Source: Actinomycetota bacterium (lineage in GTDB: Bacteria; Actinomycetota; Actinomycetes; S36-B12; UBA5976). Taken from it: a stretch of 64,000 nt of DNA. Shown here piece by piece: positions 50,972-59,734 of this stretch (the first letter of the stretch is position 1; every line of letters starts with the position of its first letter). The notes under the pieces were generated by a model. The model was given only the letters and a program-made list of their open reading frames with translations. It was not told where the DNA came from and made no database searches. The position numbers were made by a program, and so were the translations under genes. Where the stretch lies: positions 16,160-80,159 of the forward strand of contig WLPX01000004.1 of assembly GCA_009698575.1 (NCBI GenBank), in the 5' to 3' direction.

Positions 50972-52111
50972 TTAGTGTTTGTATAGATTTTTGAATAAAT
51001 CTAGACAAAATCGGATTGGTTGAGTCACTTTCCAAGACATTGATTTATTCATTTCTGCCACTTGAAGCAGTGCAGAGTCGCGCTCCTGAATAACTTTCAT
51101 CATAAAGTTATGTGTATCCAATAAAGAATTCCTAATTCCTACGTCTACCAGTGAGATTTCTACTTCAATTGACTCTATGAATTTTGTTACCTCTTCATCA
51201 AAAACTTTTTTTTCATTAGTAATTTTATTTCTATAGGTACTCTGCATCTCTAAATTTGTACAAATGTTAAAGTCCATAGCTTCCACAATGGAGAGAAGTT
51301 CCAATTCGAAGCCATCTAATGAGTCATCAATTTTGAATCTCTCTACGTCAATTGGAATATCAATGTCGTTGTCCGAAGCGCCTCGCGTATTAGTTAAGAC
51401 AATGCAATTCAGCAATGCTGCTTCGCGGGGAAATCTATCTTTTCCTGGATGAGTGCCCAGATCAAGATAGTAGGTTGAAGAAGCTAAAGCATCCATAACT
51501 TCTGGTCGTGACATGTTTTCTAACCTTAAAAATTTTTTACTTGGGAATTTTTTAATTACTATTTCTGTGCGTTCAAATCCTTTAGCAGGATTTATTGCAA
51601 CTATTTTTTTTGAGCTTTGATCGCATTCATGTCTTTTTAAAGTAGAAGCAAACGTTATGAAATCCAAATTTGTGTAGTCTGATAATGCCAGCTGATTTCC
51701 CAATTCATGCATTTCGATAAAATTACGAGCATACTCTGATTGATAGCAGTGAATTAGATCTGGGTAGCATTCCCGAATCACTTCGATTGGTAATTGACTC
51801 GTACTTATGAAATTGTCAACCGACAACCACCAAATTACACAAAGGTTTTTAGAGTAATATTTAGGAATTAACTCTGTCATAACTTCAGGGAAAACAACTA
51901 CATCACCAGGCTTAGGTCCCTCAGAGTCCCATGTGCACCCATAGCTTTCATACTCCTTGGCCGGTATCGCGTCACTTCGAGATTCTTCTGGATCCCAGAG
52001 CACTGCAACACTTCCTAAACTGTTGATCGCATTGACAAGCTGATGTAGGCACTCCGGACCACCCGTCACAAATCCTTTCGGACAAGCGACTACAAAGACG
52101 GTTGACTCCAT
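50972..52111 (-). CDS. Uncharacterised GT-B-like glycan biosynthesis protein
   Basis: TGGPECLHQL, FPE, WWLSVDN, NPAKG, LDLGTHPGKDRFPREA; very AT-rich; C-terminal SMSWKVTQPIR. Confidence 0.55.
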   Translation of the reverse strand: MESTVFVVACPKGFVTGGPECLHQLVNAINSLGSVAVLWDPEESRSDAIPAKEYESYGCTWDSEGPKPGDVVVFPEVMTELIPKYYSKNLCVIWWLSVDNFISTSQLPIEVIRECYPDLIHCYQSEYARNFIEMHELGNQLALSDYTNLDFITFASTLKRHECDQSSKKIVAINPAKGFERTEIVIKKFPSKKFLRLENMSRPEVMDALASSTYYLDLGTHPGKDRFPREAALLNCIVLTNTRGASDNDIDIPIDVERFKIDDSLDGFELELLSIVEAMDFNICTNLEMQSTYRNKITNEKKVFDEEVTKFIESIEVEISLVDVGIRNSLLDTHNFMMKVIQERDSALLQVAEMNKSMSWKVTQPIRFCLDLFKNLYKH

Positions 52112-52158
52112 GTTCTATAGTTTAGTGTGCAATCGTTTGATATTTTCTGGCCACAGTC

Positions 52159-53133
52159 ATGACTTGGTTGATTACCGGTGGTGCTGGATACATAGGCGCA
52201 CATGTGGTTTCGCAAGCCGCAAACTCAGGTCTTAAAACTTTTGTAGTTGACGATCTCAGCACTGGAATTTCAACTCGCCTTAAATCAGAAATCGAATTAC
52301 GAAAGTTCTCGCTCCAAGACACAAGCAGCCTGCAGGCACTTTTTCAAGAACATGATTTCGAAGGTGTGGTCCACATTGCGGCTAAAAAACGTGTTGGTGA
52401 GTCGGTTGAGCGACCAGACTATTACTGGCAGGAAAATGTCGTTGGCTACCAAAACTTACTTGGAGTTATGGCTAAACATGATGTGAAGAATTTAGTCTTT
52501 AGCTCAAGTGCCGCAGTTTATGGTGAGCCCAATGAATCTTCAGATTCCCTAATTTCCGAATCAACGATGTGTTCTCCGATTAACCCATACGGAGAAACCA
52601 AGCTTGAATGCGAAAGGTTATCTGAGGCATTCTCAGGCGAGACTGGTGCGAAAGTAATCTCGCTTCGTTATTTCAATGTTGCTGGCGCGGGGCGTCCAGA
52701 TCTTGGAGATCAATACATCTTCAATTTAATCCCGATAGTTTTCGATGCGCTGGACCGAGGACAACAACCACAAGTGTTTGGCAATGACTACGAAACCATT
52801 GATGGAACTTGCGTTAGGGATTACGTTCACGTGCAAGACCTTGCAAAAGCTCATATGGACGCCATGGAACATGTCGTTACAGCTCAACCCTTCTATCTGC
52901 CGATAAACATCGGAACTGGATACGGTGCGTCAGTAGCTCAAGTACTGGCGATGATTTCCGAAGTTACCGGCCAAAAGATTGATCCGATAGTTGCGCCGCG
53001 ACGACAAGGCGATCCTGCGTCTTTAGTTGCTGATGTATCCCGCGCTGCAGAGATCCTGAACTGGAATAGCGAGCAAGGACTGCGAGAGATTGTGTCTAGC
53101 GCCTGGGATGCTTGGCAATTGAGCCATAAATAG
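52159..53133 (+). CDS. galE: UDP-glucose 4-epimerase
   Basis: GGAGYIGAH, HIAAKKRVGESV, FSSSAAVYG, NPYGETK, LRYFNVAG, GTCVRDYVHV, RRQGDP. Confidence 0.92.
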   Translation: MTWLITGGAGYIGAHVVSQAANSGLKTFVVDDLSTGISTRLKSEIELRKFSLQDTSSLQALFQEHDFEGVVHIAAKKRVGESVERPDYYWQENVVGYQNLLGVMAKHDVKNLVFSSSAAVYGEPNESSDSLISESTMCSPINPYGETKLECERLSEAFSGETGAKVISLRYFNVAGAGRPDLGDQYIFNLIPIVFDALDRGQQPQVFGNDYETIDGTCVRDYVHVQDLAKAHMDAMEHVVTAQPFYLPINIGTGYGASVAQVLAMISEVTGQKIDPIVAPRRQGDPASLVADVSRAAEILNWNSEQGLREIVSSAWDAWQLSHK

Positions 53134-53215
53134 TCTGCTTTAGGTTGGGCATGATGAATTTGCATCGGCCTGCACTACCCTTTAAACAGCACATTTCTTA
53201 AGCGAAAGTTCCAAC

Positions 53216-54193
53216 ATGGCTTCAGCACTAATCACTGGAATAACCGGACAAGACGGTCTTTATCTTGGCGAGCTCCTGCTTGAAAAAGGTTATGACGTCT
53301 ATGGACTGATTCGTGGACAGAACAATCCAAAGGAAGATTTAGTTCGCTCCGAATTGCCTGGAGTGAAATTGATCAACGGTGACCTGACCGATACCGCAAG
53401 TCTATTCCGTGCATTAGATACTGCTGCACCGGATGAGGTTTATAACCTTGGTGCTATTTCATATGTTGCCTATTCCTGGGATCAAGCACAGTTAACTTCG
53501 CAAGTCACTGCGCTTGGCGTTTTGAACATGCTCGAGGCCATTCGCATTAACACTGTGGGTGGATCAAGAAAACCAAAATTTTATCAAGCATCAAGTTCCG
53601 AAATGTTCGGCAAGGTGCAAGATGTGCCACAGCGCGAATCAACATTGTTGTGGCCTCGCAGTCCTTACGGTGTGGCGAAAGTGTTTGGCCACTACATGAC
53701 CATTAACTATCGTGAGTCATATAACTTCCATGCCAGTTCCGGAATCCTTTTTAATCATGAATCGCCACGTCGCGGTCCTGAGTTTGTCACTCGGAAAGTG
53801 ACGCAATCAGTTGCCCGAATCGCAGCTGGCAAACAAGACAAGTTAGTTATGGGAAATCTTGATGCCCAACGCGACTGGGGATTTGCCGGAGATTATGTAA
53901 AAGCTATGTGGTTAATGCTCCAACAAGAAGTTGCAGATGACTACGTTGTCTCGACTGGCGAAACCCACGCGGTCAGAGAGCTTGTAGAACTCGCGTTTTC
54001 AATTGCCGGAATTTCTAACTGGCAGGATTACGTAACACAGTCGGAAGCTTTTATGCGACCGGCCGAGGTTGACCTACTAATCGGAGACCCAACTAAAGCA
54101 AAGGAAAAGCTTGGCTGGCAAACCGAAACATCGTTTGAGGAACTTGTAACGATGATGGTCGAAAATGACCTTCGAATCGAAACGCAATCTTAA
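53216..54193 (+). CDS. gmd: GDP-mannose 4,6-dehydratase
   Basis: ITGITGQDG, QASSSEMFG, PRSPYGVAK, GILFNHESPRRG.EFVTRK, GNLDAQRDWG, MRPAEVD. Confidence 0.96.
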   Translation: MASALITGITGQDGLYLGELLLEKGYDVYGLIRGQNNPKEDLVRSELPGVKLINGDLTDTASLFRALDTAAPDEVYNLGAISYVAYSWDQAQLTSQVTALGVLNMLEAIRINTVGGSRKPKFYQASSSEMFGKVQDVPQRESTLLWPRSPYGVAKVFGHYMTINYRESYNFHASSGILFNHESPRRGPEFVTRKVTQSVARIAAGKQDKLVMGNLDAQRDWGFAGDYVKAMWLMLQQEVADDYVVSTGETHAVRELVELAFSIAGISNWQDYVTQSEAFMRPAEVDLLIGDPTKAKEKLGWQTETSFEELVTMMVENDLRIETQS

Positions 54194-54204
54194 GTTTGGC
54201 TCCA

Positions 54205-55161
54205 ATGCGCGCATTGATAACAGGGGCAGCTGGACAAGATGGGACTTTATTATCCGAGGAACTTCTTGCTCTTAATTGGGATTTAGTCGGAACTAAATTG
54301 GCATCGGAAGTTCTAAGTGAAGACTATCCACTTTATGGTTCTCAGGTAGAAATTCTTGACATCACAGATTTTGATTCAGTCAAGCGAGTTGTGGCATCCG
54401 CCAAACCCGAGGTCATCTTTCATTTGGCAGGAATCAGTTCCGTTGGATTTTCAATTGAGAATCCGGAGTTAACCAAATCCGTTAATGTCGGTGGAGTTGA
54501 AAATTTTCTTAAGGTTTTATCGGATGCGCAGTTTAGTAATATCCACTTCATAAATGCAGCCACGGTTGAAATTTATGATGCAGCTAAAGGTGTAATCACA
54601 GAATCAAGTTCACTTGAGCCACAATCTCCATACGCGCAATCCAAATCAGAAGGCTACCTACTTTGCAGGGCTGCCCGCCAAACAGGACTTCCCACTACAA
54701 ACGCAATTCTTTCCAATCATGAGTCTTACCTTCGGCCCGTTGAATTTGTAACAGGGAAAATCGCCAACGGTGTTGCTCGAATCTCGTTAGGTCTCGATAC
54801 TCGCATTGAGCTTGGAAACATAGATGTGGCGAAAGACTGGTGTTCAGCACGGGACATTGTTGCTGGGTTAGTTTCAATTGCATCGAAGCAATTTGTAGGA
54901 GATGTAATTCTTGCTAGTGGCGAATCAACGAATTTAACGGAAATAATTCGGGAAGCATTTTCTTATGTCGGGATCGAAAATTGGCACGACTACATTACGT
55001 TTAAGGAATCCCTGATACGAAAAGATGAACGAAGAGAAATTCGAATTGATCCATCTCTGGCAAAGCGTGAACTGGATTGGTCCACAACAACTCCGCTTAG
55101 AGATTGGGTGGGTGAAATGGTGCAGCACCACCTTGATTCACTTGGCGAGTCTGTCCATTAA
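54205..55161 (+). CDS. Gmd paralog; possible GDP-4-keto-6-deoxymannose reductase (Rmd-like)
   Basis: ITGAAGQDG, HLAGISSV, AATVEIY, SPYAQSK, NHESYLRPVEFVTGK, GNIDVAKDW; tandem with gmd. Confidence 0.65.
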   Translation: MRALITGAAGQDGTLLSEELLALNWDLVGTKLASEVLSEDYPLYGSQVEILDITDFDSVKRVVASAKPEVIFHLAGISSVGFSIENPELTKSVNVGGVENFLKVLSDAQFSNIHFINAATVEIYDAAKGVITESSSLEPQSPYAQSKSEGYLLCRAARQTGLPTTNAILSNHESYLRPVEFVTGKIANGVARISLGLDTRIELGNIDVAKDWCSARDIVAGLVSIASKQFVGDVILASGESTNLTEIIREAFSYVGIENWHDYITFKESLIRKDERREIRIDPSLAKRELDWSTTTPLRDWVGEMVQHHLDSLGESVH

Positions 55162-57473
55162 CACCCAGTAACAAGGCACCGATTGCCGGTGTAACCACTT
55201 CCCTGTTTTACCACTTTAATTGTGATCCAAGCTTTTGCAGTGCCACCTTTACCATCGGTTAGGTAGTAGCGAAGTTTAAAGATGCCATGCCACTTCTTTG
55301 GCGGGGTAAATGTAACGATGTCGCCATTAACGGTTGCTTTTCCGTGCTTAACTCTTCCAAGCCTGACATGCAATGCGTCGCCATCACTGTCTGAAATTTT
55401 TGTGGCAAGTGACATTTGGATGGCGGAACCACCAGTTTTTGCGGTTGCTTTGCCATCTTTTGCTTTCGGCTTGTGATTGACATAGAGCATTGTCTCTGCA
55501 GTGTCGTTATCTGGATTTGGATCCCCCGCAGCCACACTCGTTTTAGTCGTTGCCCAAACCTGCATCGAGGAAGTTGATTTGGCTGGAGTAACGATAAAGG
55601 AAACACTTGCAGTCATGCCTGGTTCTAGCGCATTTGCTTGCGAGATTCCTAGAGCTGACGCTCCACAGGTCAAAGTTGTTGGCGCCGTTTTAGTGCAACC
55701 CGACGGAATGTTGGCGACAGTTAGGAGCGCATCTTCTTGAGCAGTTAACTCCAGAGATGGGTTTGAATCGCTGGCTGGGCCAAGGTTGGTAACTGATCCA
55801 GTAATTGTTGTCGACTGTCCTGCCTGGATGTAATCTCTACTCCACGAAACTCCAGCTGCTAGATCTGCAGTTGTTGTTCCATACTCAACAGTGACAACTT
55901 CTGATACTGCAGTTTGCGGGCCAAGTGTGCTTTCAAATTCTGCAGTGACGCGGTTATCGAAAGCTCCTGTGGTCGTAATGGATGCGCCGTTTAATGTTCC
56001 GGTTATCGTAAATGAAATTTCCGTACCAGCATTCAAGGTTCCAATGTCTTTGCAAATCTCTCCTGATGGAATGACTACACAATCAATTCCGGTGCTTCCA
56101 GTCACATCTAGATCAGCAGGCAACACATCGCGCACTTCTAAGGTGCTGGCATTTGCTTGGCCTGAATTTTCCGCTGTGATTGTGTAAGTGATGGTGTCGC
56201 CAGATTCAACTAAATCCGGATCACCACCTGTTATTGACGATACATATTTAGTTAGGTGCACATCCGGTGAAGTTATTTCATTTGATAGAGCAAGTCCTGT
56301 TATGTAAAAGGAATCGCCACTAACTGATGGCCAGAGCTTTGCGCTCACCACATCATGACTTAGACCATTCACCATTGAAATTTGATCGACATCTACACCA
56401 AAGGTATTTTTCGATCTATCGACAGAAGAATTGTTTAAATATGGCGAAATAATTCCACCTATAGAAATTGTGCTGTTGGCGATGTTGTTATCTGGATTTA
56501 CACCATCGGCAATGATGGCACTACCTCCTGCATCAATCATGGAAATCGAATCGGTTGCATTGCTGGCATCGCCATCAAATGCAATTATTCCAAAATCTGT
56601 TAGCACGTTGCCAGTTGCAGCAGTTTGGAAGCCATCGAAAATAAATTCATCATCTTCAACTAAGGATTCTTGCGCTAAGCCTTTTAGGATTCGGATATGG
56701 TGTGGTGCTTCACGTGAGTCTTCATAAACAACAATTACTCCCCAGCCGGCAGCTTTATCGCGACCAGTTGTGGTTTGAATGTTTGCAACAGAGACGTTAA
56801 GTGATTTGTGTGGTCCATTGATAGTCCAAGTAAGTGATGAATCCGTGAGCTTGGCAGTGACATCAGAACTGGCTCTATACGGTCCTAAGTTTGATGTCGG
56901 ATTGATCTGGGCAATATCGGAAGCGATGGCAGTTACTGCGCACGGATCACCGAAGCCAGAACAATCATCACCTGGCCGCGAAAATAGTACTGATCCTTTT
57001 GCGCTCGGGTTAACAGCACCGACATCGCCAGTGTTCAAGCGCATCGATCCACCCCAAAATAATGTTGCATGTTTAATGACTGCGCCAGCAGGAATCACAA
57101 TCGATCCACTCGATGCATTGAAATAGTTTGCTTCAGCTAACTGACCAAAAGGAACCTTGAAATTGATCATCGAGTAGTCGTCATTATTAAGGCGACTGCC
57201 AGATCGTTTTCGTGCATCGATACATTGCGACGCATAGGCTCCGGCTGAGGTGGAACAAGTAAGCACGCTATTACCAGTTGTGGCAACGTTGCCCGAAACT
57301 ATCCCCTCATAGGCAATGGACATTGGCTGCAGGGTCACAGCCTTTGAGATGGGCGGGGCAGAAACAATGAAGGACATGGCCAGTAATGTGCTCAAGACGA
57401 GTCGCACGCGTTGCTTTTGATGATTTGCAGGACAATTTGAGCCGGTATTTTGAAAAAAGCCAAGTAGCCGCAT
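55158..57473 (-). CDS. Secreted surface protein with two DUF11-like domains and a C-terminal Ig/cadherin-like domain
   Basis: Signal peptide; DVHLTK...GDTITYTITAENSG..A..LEVRDVLP; DLAAGVS..ITGSVTNLGP...DPNPDND; NHKPKAKD..DSDGD..TFTP..YYLTDGKGG. Confidence 0.72.
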   Translation of the reverse strand: MRLLGFFQNTGSNCPANHQKQRVRLVLSTLLAMSFIVSAPPISKAVTLQPMSIAYEGIVSGNVATTGNSVLTCSTSAGAYASQCIDARKRSGSRLNNDDYSMINFKVPFGQLAEANYFNASSGSIVIPAGAVIKHATLFWGGSMRLNTGDVGAVNPSAKGSVLFSRPGDDCSGFGDPCAVTAIASDIAQINPTSNLGPYRASSDVTAKLTDSSLTWTINGPHKSLNVSVANIQTTTGRDKAAGWGVIVVYEDSREAPHHIRILKGLAQESLVEDDEFIFDGFQTAATGNVLTDFGIIAFDGDASNATDSISMIDAGGSAIIADGVNPDNNIANSTISIGGIISPYLNNSSVDRSKNTFGVDVDQISMVNGLSHDVVSAKLWPSVSGDSFYITGLALSNEITSPDVHLTKYVSSITGGDPDLVESGDTITYTITAENSGQANASTLEVRDVLPADLDVTGSTGIDCVVIPSGEICKDIGTLNAGTEISFTITGTLNGASITTTGAFDNRVTAEFESTLGPQTAVSEVVTVEYGTTTADLAAGVSWSRDYIQAGQSTTITGSVTNLGPASDSNPSLELTAQEDALLTVANIPSGCTKTAPTTLTCGASALGISQANALEPGMTASVSFIVTPAKSTSSMQVWATTKTSVAAGDPNPDNDTAETMLYVNHKPKAKDGKATAKTGGSAIQMSLATKISDSDGDALHVRLGRVKHGKATVNGDIVTFTPPKKWHGIFKLRYYLTDGKGGTAKAWITIKVVKQGSGYTGNRCLVTGC

Positions 57474-57688
57474 GACTCACCCCGTTAACTAATCCGCATC
57501 CCCAACGGCTAATTTCGACCAGATTAGGACTTTGTTTGAGCAATTTCAAGCATTTAAACATTAGGATTTAACCCAAAATTGGCCGTTCCTTGGGTGTGTG
57601 ACAGGTGTGACTCGGCCACAAAATTGCTATGTTTAATAAAGATCGAGGCGTTCGCGCCACTTCCCCAAGCGATCTACGAGGATTTGAG

Positions 57689-59680
57689 ATGAGCCAGCGC
57701 TCCCAGGTAATGAGATTCGTCGTTGCCTGCGCAACATCGGTATCGCTGATTGCTGGCGTGGCAATGGTTCCAACAACTTCAGCTAACGCAGTCTCCGTAG
57801 GTATTGGCGCTAAGAAAAAAGTTTTAACTACTGAGCAAAAAAATGCTAAGGCTGCTCTCGACAAGGCTAGTAAAGATCTGACGACTAAAGAAAAGAATTT
57901 GGCTGCCGCGATTAAATCACAGGCTAAGGCAGCTAAAGCACTTGAAAAAGCAACTGCGGCAGCCGAGATATCATCGGTTCGAAACGTTAAAAGTGCCAGT
58001 AAAAAAGCTAAAGCAAAAAGCAAAGCAGCCGCCGCGGCACTAAAAAAGGCAAAGCTAGCGAATACTAAAGCAGCCTCGCTTGTAGCCAGGCGAACGGTGT
58101 TGCGCGATATTGCTCAAGCAAAAGTAATCCGGTTAGATGCCAAATATGCTTGGTTGATTAATGATATTTCGACTTTGGATTGTGGCGCCGGAACTGATGT
58201 TGTGAGTGCATCAGGTGCACTTGAGCACGTTTGGGAATGTGGAATTGTTTACATGCACGAAGACGGTGACACGACACACGTCAAGACAACGGCAAATAAG
58301 CTAGTTGAAGTTAGAAACATAGGTTTACAGACGCCGGAAATGAAAAAGGGATCAAACCCTGCACAATGTGGCGCCACCCAGGCTTACGAAAACTTCAAGT
58401 CTTTGATGCCGGAAGAAATCACAATTGTGCAATTACGCTCGCTGACGAATGGTACAAATAACTTTGGTGGTGGTGCGCGGCCTACACGCAGCGTTTACAA
58501 ATTGAATAATGCCACTGGCGCTTTTGATATTGACGTCCAGACTGAACAACTTAAAGCAGGCTGGTCTATGTGGTGGCCAAACGCTGCCGAATGGGTTCAT
58601 AACAAGGAATACCTTGACTTGATGAACGATGCCAAGGCTCGTGGCGTTGGTCTTTGGAACCCAAGCCTCTGTGGTCCCGCAGTTGGCGAGGCACCACTAA
58701 TTTGGTTCAATCAAAATGCACCAACAATTGGTTCCGACACTGAACCGGCTTTCGGCGAATATGTGATTCTTTATAACCAAACAACCGCATCTATGGACTT
58801 AACTGGATGGTCACTGCGAGATGACTCACTCAATTTTTTCTGGAATTCAGTAACTGGCACATGGATGCAGAATAAGAATAAGTTTGGCGCTTTGGTTCTA
58901 AAGCCAGGTGAGCACAAGATTGTCTACATCGATAACCCAGCTGGATACCCACTTTCACCAACTGAATACGAATACTTCAACTGGAGCCGAAACGCACCAG
59001 GTGCTCAGTTAACAAATGGTTCGATAAATGGAAACTATGCAAATGGTGATGGCATTTATATGCAGGATAAATCTGGAAACATGCGAGTTTCTATGACAAA
59101 CCCATGCACCAGCACTGCGATGTGTGCAACACCAAAATGGGTTACAGACATAATTTCAACGTCTCGCGCAAACCAAATCATTCCTATCCCAGTTGCGCTA
59201 ACCAAGGTAGCTAACGTGACTCGTGATCGCTACAACCCAGTTGTCACTATGGCCAATAGCGCGAGCATTACCACTATTCGAACTCCACTATTGGCAAAAG
59301 GCTACGACGTTAGCGCGACGGTAGGCACTCCAATAGATTCAGTCCTAGCGCCTGGCACACCTGCGGCAATTGCTACCGCTATTGATGGGGCAAATGTAGT
59401 TGGAACTCGAGTTGGAATCGCTGACTTACTGGGAACAACGCGAACTAAGTTGTGGATTCGCCTTGCTTCCGGTTACAACACATTCCCATCAATCGTGGGC
59501 TTAACCACACAGCAGGCAACCGATGCGCTAACTGCGTCAGGATTTAAAAACGTAACGACCGTAACTGGTGAAAGCGTTGGCGGGGTTTCAGGCACAGTAG
59601 CTAGTTTGAGCGTGGATGGCTCGGCGCCAGGGACCAGGCATTTACTAACTTCAGTAATTGTGTTAACTGTAAACCCGTAA
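57689..59680 (+). CDS. Secreted thermonuclease (SNase)-lamin-tail-PASTA multidomain protein
   Basis: Signal peptide, K/A-rich helix, EDGDT..VRNIGLQTPE..CG..ARPTRSV..AKARGVGLW, GEYVILYN..MDLTGWSLRD..NGDGIY, PSIVGLTTQQATDAL..GF; ATG 57689 behind GAGGA. Confidence 0.75.
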   Translation: MSQRSQVMRFVVACATSVSLIAGVAMVPTTSANAVSVGIGAKKKVLTTEQKNAKAALDKASKDLTTKEKNLAAAIKSQAKAAKALEKATAAAEISSVRNVKSASKKAKAKSKAAAAALKKAKLANTKAASLVARRTVLRDIAQAKVIRLDAKYAWLINDISTLDCGAGTDVVSASGALEHVWECGIVYMHEDGDTTHVKTTANKLVEVRNIGLQTPEMKKGSNPAQCGATQAYENFKSLMPEEITIVQLRSLTNGTNNFGGGARPTRSVYKLNNATGAFDIDVQTEQLKAGWSMWWPNAAEWVHNKEYLDLMNDAKARGVGLWNPSLCGPAVGEAPLIWFNQNAPTIGSDTEPAFGEYVILYNQTTASMDLTGWSLRDDSLNFFWNSVTGTWMQNKNKFGALVLKPGEHKIVYIDNPAGYPLSPTEYEYFNWSRNAPGAQLTNGSINGNYANGDGIYMQDKSGNMRVSMTNPCTSTAMCATPKWVTDIISTSRANQIIPIPVALTKVANVTRDRYNPVVTMANSASITTIRTPLLAKGYDVSATVGTPIDSVLAPGTPAAIATAIDGANVVGTRVGIADLLGTTRTKLWIRLASGYNTFPSIVGLTTQQATDALTASGFKNVTTVTGESVGGVSGTVASLSVDGSAPGTRHLLTSVIVLTVNP

Positions 59681-59734
59681 AACCTCTAAATAGATCCCAG
59701 CGGTAAACATCCCGGGATTGTTGCCTACCAACGT

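Noticed and set aside
50889-52144. ggccac at the tRNA-Arg 3' end and again after the orphan gene
   Set aside because: A 6-bp match is not significant as an att duplication.
57568-58023. 151-aa hydrophobic antisense ORF resembling a membrane protein
   Set aside because: It is the reverse-strand shadow of the K/A-rich segment of the nuclease gene (AAA/GCT codons read as Phe/Leu/Ala).
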